Shown in pieces: positions 10,836 to 25,037 of a stretch of DNA of 64,000 bases. The translations under genes and the position numbers were made by a program. Origin of the DNA: Gekko japonicus (Eukaryota). The notes below the pieces were generated by a model that worked only from the letters and a program-made list of their open reading frames with translations, did no database searches and was not told the DNA's origin. Location of the stretch: assembly GCF_001447785.1 (NCBI RefSeq), contig NW_015168711.1:124001-188000 (forward strand). The letters run 5' to 3'. The number at the start of each line of letters is the position of its first letter. Position 1 is the first letter of the stretch.

Positions 10836-13829
10836 CTAGTCCTATAATCTGTAATTATGCTGGAGTTTTGCCTGTATAGTAAAGCGTGTATTAATTAAAA
10901 GAAAGTGATTGCCTTGATTCCTACCTATATGCCTCACAAAAGCAGCCCTCATTTGGATGCTCCTCCTCATACCAAACTGGTGAGGTGGCAGGGCTCAGGA
11001 GGTGGTGGCAGTCTACCAAAGGAAAATGCTCTAAACCCTCTTTAAGAGGGAGATGGGGGACAGAGAGGGATTCTTGCTAGGACATGTGTTCCCTCACCAA
11101 AACTGCTTCCTGCCTAGCTTCCGAGCAGGGCTGGGTCTCGCTTTCTTGCTCGAGGGCTGTTTGAGCAGGGAGTGAGGATGGCTTGTTAGGCTCTGGGGCA
11201 AAAGCATCATAGATCGTACCTCTCAAATGCCTGCAACACTATCAGTGCTCCAGGCCCTCCTTAAATTAATAAAAGAATCATGAGAATAAATCAGCTTGTG
11301 TCACATCGACATCAAAAATATTTGAACATCTTTACAAGATGCAGCAGGAATTATGTGGGTTTTTCCTTCTCCCATCTGCCCCCAAATTCTGTTGTGGTGG
11401 AGGCTTCTCAGGGCAAAGGGATGCAAGCATCCCATTCTTGTTCCCCTCCATAAGATGGTAGAAAATTGGATGGCATGGGCAGAAAGATATTCAGCTACCT
11501 TGTCTCTGAAGGTAGGCAACCACATGAAATGTGTGGCCAGATAGCAGTTTTTCCTTTGGTTAAAAAATATCCCCAGCACAGAACTGCCTTCCAGAGGGTG
11601 TGAACCAAATGGATGTGCCTTTCAAAAGCAAAGCCCTCAAGCTAAAAAAAAGAAAGAAAAACTAATTGGTATGTCTCAGCACATCACTGAATGTGGCTTG
11701 AAATCCATGGCTACAGCCATAGGCTCAAGGCATCACACATGACATTGACTGGCTTTCTGTAAAAGGTGCATTTCAAAAAGTTCTCTGTGTTTTTAATCTG
11801 TGTATTTTACCTGTGGGATTACTGGCTACCTGTGGGACTGAGCGACGGCAGTTCCATTTTGATCATTGAAGCACACTTCAAATTTCAGGTGGAGAAACTA
11901 GTTATAAGTGCTTGTCAAAAATTATCCTAGGTGTTAAAGCAGTAGTCCTTCCTTTCCAATTCAGAACTAGCAGCCTGTGCTTCTGCCTTCACTCCTGAAA
12001 ATGCACTACCTTCATGTGATTTACAGAGTACTGTTTTTGATGACTTGTGTTAATGCTTCTATTAGTGTGGAATGCTTTCCACTGACAGAGGTTGGAATCA
12101 TGCTGAAAAAGTTATCCAGATTCTTCTTTGGCTCCTGTTAGACTTTGGGGCATTGTCAAGATGCTGGTTTTATATATAAAGTACTAAAAAGCTCAGGCAC
12201 TAGGAGTTCACAACACCTCCCCTTCCAGTCTCCAAGATCATCCATGGGTATGCCTTTGACATTTTTTGTTTCTGTGCCAAGTTCATACAACAAAGCGGAA
12301 AGGTGTTTTTGTGGCATTCCAAATCATGCATTTCCCAAAAATATCACATAACCTTTCTGTAAAAATAAAAAAAACCTAGGGAGATTTTTTAAAGGATTTT
12401 ATTTTATAAACTTGTGAGTAAAGAAAGGATATGATTTTTTCTTTAAAGCTGTTGAAAACCTCGTGGCATTCTTAGAACATGTGCATTCCCTATTCTCTAC
12501 TTGTTTGAAAGCCAAAAAAGTGTAACTTGATCTTTGAGCCACGTTTGGTAAATACTAGTTTTGTGGGTACATTATGTTCTGCTCTTAAGGAAAAGGTTGG
12601 CTGCCAAATATTTAGGTCTTTTATATCCACTAAATTCTTTCTCTTTAAATTGTTGGGTAGAATTAATGATCTATATTATAATGTTCCAATTGCTATGTGA
12701 AATTACTTGTTGGTTACTTGCTATACATGTCAAATGGCTTTGAGAAAATGACTCTTTGATAAATCTTCTGTGGAGCATAGTTCTTGAGAGGTGTTAAAAT
12801 CGCCAGTCCACTGCATGCTTCCATTTAGCAACCTATTACACAGCATAAAGCATGCATACTAATAAGAGTTTAAATGTGGAATTGCCATTTTAAAGGATAT
12901 GAACGGCTTCTCAGTAAAGAAATAAAATGGTACTAGCTTGGCAGACTTGGGAAATGTCAATATTCTTTTCCATATTATTTTTCCCCCTTACAAATATTTA
13001 GAACATCTTTATATCACTTTTCCCTAAAAGGCTTAGAGTTATAGTGATGTACAGCACTGGAATACCAAAGGTTTAAAAAGAATAGCTGCTATAGTTAGAA
13101 CTTGTTCAGATGGCAATACTTATGGTACAGTGCTACATGAAGCATGAGGTGAGCTTATTTCTAAGAATCTTGTATGCCTAACACTCACTGCACATAGGGT
13201 GTACAGTTGCTCAATTATGTTTCCCCGCCCATCATGTTTGCTTAGGATCTGTGAATCCTTAAGTGGCTTCAGATTGTGCTGCTGTAATAGTGCCAGCATC
13301 CACTTTGGCTTGTGTCTGGATGTAGAAAGTGAGGTAAATGGTAAATCAGTGAGGAGAAATAATATGAGGGCTTCCTTATACTATCAGCCTTTGCAGGATG
13401 TGTACAAAAGAGAGCCTGCATCCAAACTTAAAGGGACTCAAGCACACCTGCCTAAGTTGTAGGATATTTTTGTGACTTGGCCTTTGCCCATGCATTGTCT
13501 TTAGTGCACAGATGAGGACTGTCTTCTATTTGTTCTGAATACTGGTAGAATGCAGTACCTCTCTGTTCCTCAAAATTTTACAAGATCTATTTGGAGCTAC
13601 GAGAGCTGATATCTCCTTGCCCCTGTGCTGTTGGAGCAGAGGAAAGAAGCTACTTCAATAACTGCTCCGTAGTAAACCATCCTCGAGAGAAGATCTGGCT
13701 GGATTTTCAAAGCAACAATATCTTGATAGTTTCCTAGTTAGGGCTCATTAGCAGCTGATAGAACATGAAGAATTTGTGCTTAATAAGAAATGCCTAGTAT
13801 TCTAAACTGTTCATGAGAATTTTTAATGT

Positions 13830-14160
13830 ATCTTTCTTTTAAAAAATAAAGGGGGGGGAGCAGGGGGAGCTCAAAATCCAAGGGGAGAGAACGGGGGGGG
13901 GGGCTTAAAAGAAAAGTATACATAAAATGGAGACAAAAATATAACAGTAGTGGTAGATCTACATACGTATTTCTATAAAAGGTTTCCAAGTATTTAACAA
14001 TAGGTCCATATGCAATTGTCATCTATATGCCATGCATTCAAATACTGATAGAGTTCTAAGGTCCTCAATCCATTGATTTACAGGAAGTGGGCATTTATTT
14101 TTTTCAATGTTATAATGTTACTATAACGTTCCTGCCACATTATTGCTGTAGTATATTGCA
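13830..14160 (-). mobile_element. L1 3' end (ORF2 C-terminus and 3' UTR)
   Basis: Minus translation ..KCPLPVNQWIEDLRTLSVFECMAY..NTWKPFIE matches the W..L..E..W.PF terminus of L1 ORF2. Confidence 0.6.
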
Positions 14161-15641
14161 CTTCTTGTAAGCTAACTACTATTAGGGGTTAATTATTATT
14201 ATTATTTATTAAATTTCTACCTTGCCCTCCCGGCCGAGGCTTATATATTTATGCTTATATTTTATTATATTGTATTATGTTAATATTGCTATTGTCATGT
14301 TACAGTTACTTAATAAAATGTTGAACTGAGGGGGAAATGTTGTAATATGAGTCTTTTAGCTGTAGTAAGGGCATGGAGGGTCCATTTTCATTTACACCAG
14401 TTAGCCTCCAAGAAACAGGCAGATAGTTTAAAACATAAGAATCCTCAAAAATCAATGACCATTCTAATACAAAATTGATATGAGTAATAAATTCTTCTCA
14501 GAAAAAAACAAATGGCTGGGTATGCCCAAAGCATATGCTTAAGGGACATGTTCTGTGAGTTACAATGCCAACAGAAGACACCTTACTCAATCTTTTGCTA
14601 ATGTATCCCTGTGGTGTCCAGTATATCTTAAACATAATTTTTTGCTGAATGAGTTGCAACTTACTATCCATGGAGACAGAAGGTATAAACTTTAAGGCCA
14701 CATCCTGCTGCTTTGGCAAAATAGGGTGCTCACACTCCTTATTCTATGCATTCCTGAGAGTCTGCATATGATAATAATCAACACCAAATATTAACAGACA
14801 AATAATTAGGTTTCATTTTGTGCATCAATTCCATTAGAGTTTCCAGGAGCAACGGGACCTCTGAGACACTAACAAAGCAATCCTGTGTTGTACCTGCACT
14901 GCAGCACCACTAGTCACCTTCCTAAGGGGATAGTTACATGGCGGCTGAATGAAAAAAAGGTGCCCCAGCAGTGTTGCCGGGTGCTGCTCTGGCATCGTCT
15001 GTGGCAATCATGCCACAGCGGTCCATTCCAGCATTGTTGTGAGGCAGGGGTGACATGACAGACAGAGCAGGCAGGACCAATGAGAGTCAAGAGGTGAGGA
15101 GGCTGAGCCAAGCATCTGTCACTGGCAGGGGCAGAGAGGGGTGAGCCACAGGAGCAACGCTCCTCCTCTGCTGCACCACCTTTAAAGAGACCAGCTCCTG
15201 TTACAATCCCTGGGCACATGTCAGTGGGGAGGGGGGGCGTCACCCATCAGCCCCCATGGGCACCCCACAGTGGCACTCCACAAAAGAGGTGGCACTCCAC
15301 AAAAGAGGCACTCTGCACCCAGAGGGTGATGACAGACAAGAATGTGTATGTGAGGGTGCCCAATGCTCACTGCCAGCCGAGGCATCCAGGTGGCGCCCAT
15401 GCCATTCAGGGTGTCCCCATGCCAACCTGCGCTGAACCTTCTATATACAAAGGACATACTTTACCACTGAACTATGACTGGCCATTAAAACAGTTCTCTT
15501 CAGTATTAGTCTAGTAACTAGACTCTGGTTTCTAGGTGGGCAAGAATGGCTTGCTGGGATTTGTGTGTGTGTGTATGGTATAGGAACATCTGAAAACTTG
15601 TTTCCAAGTTTAAATAATTCTATTTAATACACACAAGTACC

Positions 15642-15927
15642 TTATATATTAAATATATAAGGATGGCGGCGAAACATCGAGCAGGCAAGCAGGGATTGGT
15701 CCGAAGGTGCAGCGACGTGACGGTGTGGGCTCGGCCAGAACCAACCAGGACAGAGGCCGGTGCAATGAGCGTAACATAGCCGCAGACAACGGAACCACCC
15801 CAGCAGGAGCCGCTACAGAGCCAAGCCAAAGCCACCACGAAGAAGCAGAGAAGAGCCGCTGAAGAAGAGCTAGCCGGTAGGGTGCCTGGTAGGCATTCCC
15901 CTCCCCAATACTGTGTGTGGCCCTAGT
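15642..15927 (+). mobile_element. Possible non-autonomous Helitron-like element
   Basis: AT-rich TTATATATT start, CpG-rich interior, hairpin GTGCCT-GGT-AGGCAT, CTAG|T end. No clear 5' TC. Confidence 0.3.
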
Positions 15928-16039
15928 TAGAAGTGTAAATTGTACTATGTAAACCGCTCAGATCCCTTCGGGGGTGAGCGGTCTAGAAATCGAAAGTTAA
16001 ATAAATACTTACTAAAATATTTGTTTTGAGTCAACATGA

Positions 16040-17140
16040 AACAAACTTTGGATGCCATTTCCATTATGATGGGGTTGCACTCCTCCTAAAGGACCAGGTT
16101 TGTAGTTTGGCAGCACTGCTGGACCCAGGCCTCCTGTTGGATAAATAGGTGGCAGCAGTGGACAGGGGTGCTTTTACCAACTTCAGCCCAACTAGCTTTG
16201 ATTACCGCAATATGCTGTACACAGGGCTGCCTCTGAAGACCATCTAAAAGCTATGGTTTGTACAGAATGCTGTGGCAAGAATGCTGACTGGAGTGGGTCA
16301 TAGGGACTATATCACTCCAGTCTTGTTCCATTTGCACTGGCTCCAAATTTGCTTCTAGGCTTAATTCAGGGTGCTGGTATTGAACCATAACGCCCTATAC
16401 AATTTATGACCTGCATACCTTAAGTACAGCCTACTCTCCTATAAACCTACACATCCACTCATCTTTGGAAGCCTACTTCAGCTACCCCCACCATCTGAGG
16501 CTAGATAGGTGGGAGATGGTGGTGGTTACAAGTATGGACGGCTTCAAGAGGGAATTAGATAAACATATAGAAGAGGTCCATCAGTGGCTATTGCCACAAG
16601 GTATAAATAGGACCTCTCAGTTGGGGGCAAATGATGCACTGTATTTTTGCTGCTTGGATGCGGGGCAATAGTGGGAGGGCATCTAATGTCCTGGCCCCAC
16701 TGCTGTACCTCCTGATGGCACCTGGTATTTTTGGCCACTGTGTGACAGAGTGTTGGACTGGATGGGCCATTGGCCTGATCCAACATTGACTTCTCTTATG
16801 TTCTAAGCCAAGAAGAGATTTTCTTGGTCTTGACACTGAAACTTTGGAACTCCTTCCCCAGGGAGATATATCTGTCTCCCTCCATCATCGTCTTCCATCA
16901 GAAAGTAAAGACTTTTTTGCTTCATATCCCAGCCCCCCAAACTGTTATTGGTCCTCCTCTCTGGTTGTACTGTATGTGTTTTATCAAGTTGCTTAAATAT
17001 TTTATATACACATTATTTTAAATGCTGTTTTAATATCTTGATGTTTTAATGTAGAAATATTTTGATATTTTTATGTTCACTGACTTGGGGACTCTATTTG
17101 TGTACAAAGGTTGCATAGAAATATTTAAAATAAATAATAA
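16040..17140 (+). mobile_element. L2 3' fragment interrupted by a CR1 3' end (about 16515-16806)
   Basis: Degenerate DYRN.LY.GLP..LVQNA.AR.L..HWL.I and LWNSFP motifs. The inserted CR1 tail reads GCTTCAAGAGGGAATTAGAT...GGACTGGATGGGCCATTGGCCTGATCC...CTTATGTTCT. Confidence 0.75.
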
Positions 17141-18714
17141 ATATTGTCACCACTATAGTTTTAAGAATCTGGAAAGCAATGCCTAATATAAAAACCAGAA
17201 TTATAAAGAGTATGCTACAACTCTAGGCAAAAGCCAGAAAAACAGTTTGCTATTAAAATAGTGCTACTATTAAAATAACAGATCAAGAGGTGTTTCTCAG
17301 ATTTTTAAAAAAGTCATCTCTGTAATTTAAGTCTTAATCCTAATTGGCATGCTGTTCAATTCAATTCACACTGGAGTCTTGAAATGAATGACACTGTGTA
17401 TATTTGCTATGGTGTCCTGTTAGCAAGAGCAGGAGTGAACACTGTTTGCCCTCTAGCCCTGCAGTAAGCGAAGCAAGGCTTCTCCTATTGGCTACCTGCT
17501 ATAATTGCAGAATACAGAACTAGAAGAATTGGCCTGCATCCAACACCATACAATTGCTTTTTTAAAAAATCTACTTTTAATTTTATTTTTTGTCATTGCT
17601 CTATTTCTATTTTAACTTTGAAACTGTAGGCCAGCCTTGGTGATCCCAAGACCAAAACATAAAACAAGTGTTCACCGAACTGTTAATTGTGAAAACCTTG
17701 CCTAATATAAATAATAATAATAATACTTTCATTTTAAAATACATTTTTAAAGTTTCAGTTTTCATAACGGAAGTTAAGTTGTCTGTTATTACCGCAGATA
17801 TCAAACCTACTAATTCTACAAGATTCTTTTTTCTTGTTTTAATAAAGACATTGCTTGACCAATATATGGCTCATTAACTGACAAAATCTCTTTGGATGTT
17901 TTTAAATTGTGTGCATTTTTAATTCTTGTTCTTAATTTGTATTGACTTTTAATTTGAGGTAGTTTTTTTTTACTTTGCATGTCTGTTTTTATCTTGATAA
18001 CTAACTTATGCTTTTGCGCTCTTGCAACGTTGCTATATTGTTACCCATCTTGACACTAAGAAGAGAAGGCAGGATATAAATACTTTAAGTAAAACTGGGC
18101 AGATGGACAATCCTAGATAACCTATCCCCAACCCTCTTATTTAGTACAAGGTGATGAGGTTAATTTATTTCAAGAAACTCAATTTAAAAAAACCCCTGCA
18201 CAGTAACCCTGCTAAATATTTCGGGCTAGTCGTTTTTTTTAGCCTAAATAAAACCATTCAGTGAACTTCACAGTCAAGTGGAGGTTGTAATATAGATATC
18301 CCACATAAGGCTTTTACAAATATTCTTTACCTATAGGGCCCAGCCCAAACATTAAGGAGCCAGCCTCATTTTCTGGCCATTGTTTTGTATTTAACTGTAT
18401 TTTCACATTGTTGCTATCACAAAATCTAATCCTAAATTCTTCACAGCGTCTCGTAATTTTATTAAAACTATGATAAAATTGTTTTAGTATATGAATAAAT
18501 TTAGATTAACATGTTTATCATAATCAAAACAAAAAGACAAACCGTAACCTAAATTCATTTTGCTTTTAAAAGCTCTGTCTAATTGAATATCAGAGCAAGT
18601 TGAGAAAGTAACTGGTTAAGAAATGAATTCATCTGCTACTACTGAAAGTTAACATAAACAAGCAATGACAAGAAATGCATGCATATGTATTTCTGTTATA
18701 CACAGCAAAACATA

Positions 18715-18853
18715 TTCTGATGCGAAATGTTTTGTACTTTTCCTGAGGATCACTGAGACACACTACAATAAAATCCTCACTGAAAACACTAGATGGCACA
18801 TCACAATGTCTAGGCACCATGATGACCTGGCACCTGGGATTTCTCAAATCCTG
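18715..18853 (-). mobile_element. MITE fragment (CAGG(A/C)TT..AAATCCCAGG terminus); related copy at 26875-27030 (+)
   Basis: The two segments match each other in opposite orientation. Confidence 0.55.
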
Positions 18854-19249
18854 CACTCAGGCATTTCACAACAACTCTTAGAGTACTATAACTTATACCA
18901 GATGTGCCAACAGTATCCTAGGATAGAGCAGCATCTCTACTTTGAAACAAGGGAACTCCTAGTATCTAAAATTAAAGAATAGACACTGGGATCTAACTAG
19001 TACATACACAAGACTAGATGATAACCTAGTACTATCACTGAAGCTCTCTTACTTATACATGTGATACATTGTCCTGCGTACAATAAATAAAAGTCTGAAG
19101 ACACATGTATTATACAGGTAGATGTGTCCAGTAGCCCACGGTTGGCTCTCACTCACCAGTCTGTGCATGCAATGGCAAACGTAAATTTGCTACCAAATAA
19201 GTATTCAAAGGTAACAGCTTGGAACAAAGAATCAAAGATAACAGCTTGA

Positions 19250-19700
19250 AACAAAGCTTCTTGCTCCAAATCCTTGGCCATGAAGAGCTTTAAAGGTCAT
19301 AACGAACATCTTGAATTGGACTTGGAAACAAACTGTCAGGCAATGCAATTGTTTTAAGGTGGGCAATATATGTTCCCATCAGCTAGTCCATATGAATAAC
19401 TATGATGCCACATTATAAACCAGCTACAGTTTCCAAGTTGCCTTCAAGGCCAGCCCAACATACAGTGTGTTACAGTGATTCAGGTGCAAGGCTTCAGAAC
19501 CATGAAGAATGGCCAGATTGGCTAAGAAAGGAGAGAGTTGGGCAAACCAGATGCAGATAATATAAGGCATTCTTGGCCCCTATACTAATCTGCTTTTCAA
19601 GCAATGGCAGCCCAAAGCTCTTGGCCTGCTCTGCAAAAGCCAACTCTAATCCAGCCAAGACAAATGTATCTTTAAAACCTAGATTCATTTCCCTGATCAG
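19250..19700 (-). mobile_element. Degenerate L2 fragment
   Basis: Reverse complement of LYVGL.LK.TWKL.LV.N, HCLTVCF, FKALHG motifs. Confidence 0.6.
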
Positions 19701-20379
19701 TACATTGTATCTCTGTTGGCTTTCACCAGCCACATGGCACTTGTGGCTGAAATTAACAACTGTTATTCCACAAGTCAGTCATTCCAGAGACAAAGTGGCG
19801 AGGATCAAAGTGTAGTGACCTGGAATCCAACTGAAGACTGCATAATCATCTCTCTTCCTATTCACATATTTCCTCCCAAGAACACATTTTTCCAAATACA
19901 GACAAGGAAGAAAGCACATGACTGGAAGATCATTATACCCATGCCCTTTCATGTCATGCAGAACAGTCACCTTCCAACATTAAGCCAACATATATTGTAG
20001 ACTCCAAAAATTAACACTTGAAAGTTCAAGACGTGATGGATTCAACAAATTCAGGAAAACATCCCCCCCCCCTGTCTCCCCAGAGGACTTTCCCCGGAAG
20101 AAATTTGGGGGAGTACTGAAAATAACTCTTATATTAAAAAATTTCTGTTCCATAATCAGTGAAATGCTTTGTCAGACAGGATTCTATGCATTCTACTGGA
20201 GGATATAGTTCTCATCACTTTGAAAGAGGCAATCATGAGACTTTTCCTGGAAAAGGTGTCCCAGGATTGCAGTAACAAAAAGAACTATTGGTTGGTGGAT
20301 GCTATTCCATTCTTGGCCTAGGTGCTTCAGTACATGACAACTATATAGCTTCAGGCGGTCTTGGAGGAGATTACCTAGA

Positions 20380-21425
20380 CCCATTTCAATCTGCAATCAA
20401 GCCTCAGTATCGACAGAAATGACTCTGCTTGTCCTGAATGATTATCTTGAATGAGAGAGTGAAAGGGGAGTGTGTCCCTGTTGAGTCTCCTGAACCTCCT
20501 GGCTAATTTTGATACCATCAACAATGGTATCTTTCTGAAGAGGCCAGCTGGGTTGGGAAGTAGGGGGCACCATGCTGTGGTGGTTCTGCTCTTATTTGAA
20601 CACCTGATTCCAGAGGGTGGTGCTGGGAGACTGCTGTTCAGCCCATAACACTTATGCTATGGGATCTGAAGGGAACCGTCTTATCCCTCATGCTTTTAAC
20701 ATCTACATGAAACTGCTGGGATTTGGGACACGTACCGCCAGTATGTAAATGACACCCAGCTCCATGGACCTGTGAAGGTCCTGAATAAGGACAAACGAGG
20801 GCCAATAAACTGAAGCTCATTCTAGACAAGGCTGGGGTGATGTTAGTCAATGACAAGGCATCTCAAGTACTGAGGAGTCGATCAGTCCTGGTGGGGCTTG
20901 TACATCCCCTCACCTGAGACATCAGATTTCTAACTTGGTACTGCTGCTGGATTCTGGTCTATAATCGAAGGACCAGATCTCATCATTTTTATTTTATTTT
21001 ATTTTTTTACTGGATCATGCATAGGAAACCGCCGCTATCTGTTTGTACTAGCACTTTATGCAATTGTTTATTATGAATTTTATGGTTTTATTGATTTTAT
21101 TGTATTTTAACTTATGTAAGCTGCCTTGAGCCAGTTTTTACCAGCAAGGCGGGGTATAAATTGGAAATAAAATAAATAAATAAATCAAAGGCATGTAGTG
21201 CCTCCGATCAGCTTTGGCTACAACCACTGCTCAGAGAGTGTGATCTAGTCACAATAATCCATGCTCTGATCACATTAGATTACTGTAGTGCACTCTATGT
21301 GAGCTGCCTTTGAAAACTGTCCGGAAACTTAAGCTGGTACAAAGTATGGCAGCCAAGCTATTGTCAGTGACGGGATTCAGGGATTGTGTCATCCCTGTGC
21401 TGAAAGATCTACAGTGGCTGAACAT
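20380..21425 (+). mobile_element. Degenerate L2 RT region with a younger L2 3' tail inserted (about 20980-21185)
   Basis: STE.TL..LDL.A.FDTI, LDYCS.LY..LPLKTVRKLKLVQ motifs. Inserted tail TGTAAGCTGCCTTGAG..GGCGGGGTATAAA(TAAAA)n. Confidence 0.7.
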
Positions 21426-22370
21426 CTGTCAGGACCATCATCCCTATCACTACTGTACCCATATACAACCTTATAGCTTGATTAAATGTGAATAATCTGG
21501 ACAACAAATATTACATTATAAATTATGCAATTATGCTAGAGAAAGTATTGAATTTATTTCAGTTTTTTCCAGTATTTTTTCTGAGAAAAAGGAGATTTCC
21601 CATGGTTTCAAAATTTACATTTCTATTCAAAATGTGTAGGGCAACAGTTCTTGAAATTCAGCAAACTTAAATCCCTATTTTGATGATAAATTTTCACAAA
21701 CTTTCAAATCTACCATGTCATCACATATCACATGCTGGATAGCCCTTTTTCAAAGCACGGCATGGCAGTTCATGTGTGCCTGGGAAGGTTTCCATCATCC
21801 ATTTCCCCAAAACAACATAATAAGACCCTCATTAGCTATACTGAAGGAAAATGTTTGTACTGTTTCTCTATGGCCTACTGTAATGTTAGGCCTCAGAGGA
21901 CAGTGGATTCTTTTTTATTATTTATTTATTTTTGGGGTGTAGAATTATATTAAGAAAAAGAATAACAAATAACAAAGAAATAACAGTACAAAGAAGAAAA
22001 ACTATATAAAATAAAAGGAGGCTTCCGATTTTCTCAGCAACAAATATAAATATGATTTATAAAGTTCTCTCTTACTCTACAAAGTTACAAAGAAAGGCTC
22101 TCTTTTTTCTATTGTTTAAGGACAGTGGATTCTATAGGACTACAACTCAGAGGTCCCTGATCCACATTCTAATCAATATTACCCCTGGATCTGATGACAA
22201 TTTACATCACAGACAGCAAGAAGTTACTTTATTGGTTAATAATGGCCTGCTAGAGGACAGTTGAGCAGGGGTGGGAAAGGGCCTATAAAAAATTTCATGA
22301 CAAGCTTTTGGAATAGAAAAGACTATCACATAAAAACCAAATACCTAGTATTCAACTGAAAACCACTTAC

Positions 22371-22434
22371 TGTTTATGGACGCAGAGTGGCTTTCTTTCG
22401 TCTCTATGCTGAAACCTCAGTATGGGACACCAGA
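22371..22434 (-). other. Candidate small non-coding (5' UTR) exon of the minus-strand CpG-island gene
   Basis: Minus strand acceptor CTGCTTTTCAG and donor ACA|GTAAGT. 64 bp, no ATG. Confidence 0.3.
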
Positions 22435-22734
22435 CTGAAAAGCAGTTTAGCTTTATACCCTAATTAATTATGATACCTGCATTAGAATTATACCTCCACA
22501 GTGTCACTCAGCCCATAGAGTTCCTAGGACAGCTACTGGTTTTCAGCATCTAACCTGTATATTTTCTGGACAAGGATCTTAAAATAATCTGGAAGCTGGC
22601 CTCCAAAAGAGAGAGAAGCTGATTCTATCTCCCGCCCTTGGAGATCCCTTGCCTCATTTCTAGAAAACTGAGATGTTCATGTTAGCCAGATACACATATG
22701 AAGGACTTGTTCTCTGTTCTTATAAAGAGAGATC

Positions 22735-22875
22735 AAGATGGGTAGCCATGTTAATCTGTCTGTAGCAGTAAAAAAGAAAGAAAAGGAGCAAGAGTCCAGT
22801 AGCACCTTAAAGACTAACAAGACCCTGCCACAAATTTTGTTAATCTTTAAGGTGCTACTGGATTCTTGCTCTTTC
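22735..22875. mobile_element. Penelope pLTR remnant forming a hairpin
   Basis: GAGCAAGAGTCCAGTAGCACCTTAAAGACTAACAA paired with TTGTTAATCTTTAAGGTGCTACTGGATTCTTGCTC. Confidence 0.7.
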
Positions 22876-24508
22876 TTATTAAGAGTTTGCAGATCCCTCA
22901 GAATACTCTTATGGACCCCAGGCACCTGTATGAGAAACAATGCTACAGGGGAAGCAAGAACTTGCCCTATAATTGCAGTATGGTAAGAAATGCCTCCAGG
23001 TGATCAGGGAGAAAACCATTCACAAATTATCAGTTTCTTTTCCTCATTCAAGTTGCCAATGTGCCACAAAAGCTTAATATTTCATAGGCCAGGATGCTAT
23101 TAGAAGTTCTGAAGTCCACAAACTATTGGCAGGGCTTCCCTTTGCAAAAAATGTACTACCCTAAAGCTGCAATCCTTGGTACACTTACTTGGAAATCCAG
23201 TGAAGTTAATGGATTTTGCATCTGTATAACATATAGTAATACAATGCTTTGTCTCTAAACATTCCTATCAGTCAGGTTTGCACAAAGTTGGAAACCAACG
23301 GGATCAACCAGAAACAAAAGAACATTTCTGATTTACTAAAAATAATTTTGCAATGGGATTAAGATTAATATAGTATCATTATACCTGACTAAACAGAGTT
23401 AGACACTTCTAAACCCATTGTAACTGTTTAGGACTGCACTGTAAGGCTACAGTCCTACACTGTACGTACATACAACTTCCTTGGTTTCTACTGGACATGC
23501 CTGCATGCATTATACACAAAACTGTAATTTTACTAACCAAATCAAGAGAGTAAATTCAAATTCTCCATCCCTTTTGCTATTTGAATTGATCTGCATAAGC
23601 ACTTCAATTCAGAAAAAGGCTCTCATAGATACGGATAACTGAATTTGGTAAATACTAACTACATATTAGTTGTTCACATAAAAGTAAGAAGTTGAATATT
23701 GTCTTTTATCACTGACATTTTTGTAAGGATGCCATGCCCTGAAGCTCCAAAACAAAACTTTTCTTCTTGTTAACTACTAAGCACAACAACAGAACTGTTC
23801 TGAAGCATTTATTTTCTTGCAGTAAAAGCAGACTGAATTCCACACATGCTCCTAACCAGGATTTTAGTAAGTTTTAAACTGCTTATCACCAAGTGAAATT
23901 TGATATGCAAATGTGCTCAAAATAGAATGGGTACAATTTTCCATACTGCTATTAAATTAACCTTGCATAACAATAGCTGATTTTATTCTGAAGACTCAGA
24001 CTTGTTTGGAATTTCTAGAATAGTTAAAGCCCCGTCTACTAAGAGTTTGTCCTATAAGTAACCCAGATTTCTTATACCTTCTATAAATTTCCATGTAGAG
24101 AAACATTCATAGCAACAAAATATCGTGTAGGAATATATTTTACTAATTATTTTATATACAGCACATCTTTGCTACCAGCTATGTATCCATTAGAACAACA
24201 CTGTCAATCAAATTTTCCTCCCCACATATGTAAATATAGTCTATCTATAGTTGTCAGAGCTGTTGTGTTGCAGATCAATTTTGTTAGATCGTCTAAATGT
24301 GGGATAGGCTCGGTGCTTGTACTGTGTATTTGCCTTCTTCTGCTAATACTATTTAAATATTATTACATTTATTTAAATTTGAAAGGAAATTTTTTCAGAA
24401 AATCTTCCCATTCAAATGGATAAACCCACATCACTGCTGTCACATCCCTTGACACTTGTTATACTTTATGTTCTAAACAGTTTCTGTAAGTAAACAATAT
24501 CCAAGCTG

Positions 24509-24635
24509 AACAAAGTTTGAGTCCAGTCCAGTGGCACCTTTAAGACCAACAAAGTTTTATTCAGGGTATAAGCTTTTGTGTGCATGCACACTTCCTCAGA
24601 TATCCAAGCTTTTGTGTGCATGCACACTTCCTCAG
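24509..24635 (-). mobile_element. Penelope pLTR remnant with a tandemly duplicated hammerhead motif (36-bp period)
   Basis: 12-bp TSD ATATCCAAGCTG (24497-24508 and 24636-24647). Minus strand CTGAGGA-A-GTGTG-CATG-CACAC-AAAA-GCTT occurs twice. Confidence 0.75.
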
Positions 24636-25037
24636 ATATCCAAGCTGTAATTTCAACATAATTGGAAATATAATGGGACACTAAACAGGTAAGTGAATAA
24701 TGGCATTCTGACTCTTTTAAAAATGCTATATGTTTAATACAAATGAGCTTATGTGAATTATTATAAGGCAGACATTAAAAGTTAATATTTAACAATTTAT
24801 TTATTTATGCCAGCAATTGGTTTGTTCATTTGACCCTTAAAAGAATATGAAATCAAAGTTTTGTTTTAATGAAACTGATGCCAAAAAAGAAAATTAAGCT
24901 GGCAAAAATTATTTCTTCCTTTGCCTTGAACTTGAAAGATCTCTGGTGACTTTTCTTCTTTATTGTAGTCAACATTTCTACACCAGAGACAGTGCAAGCA
25001 CCTCAATCAATTTATGCCATACTGAAGTGAACAAATT

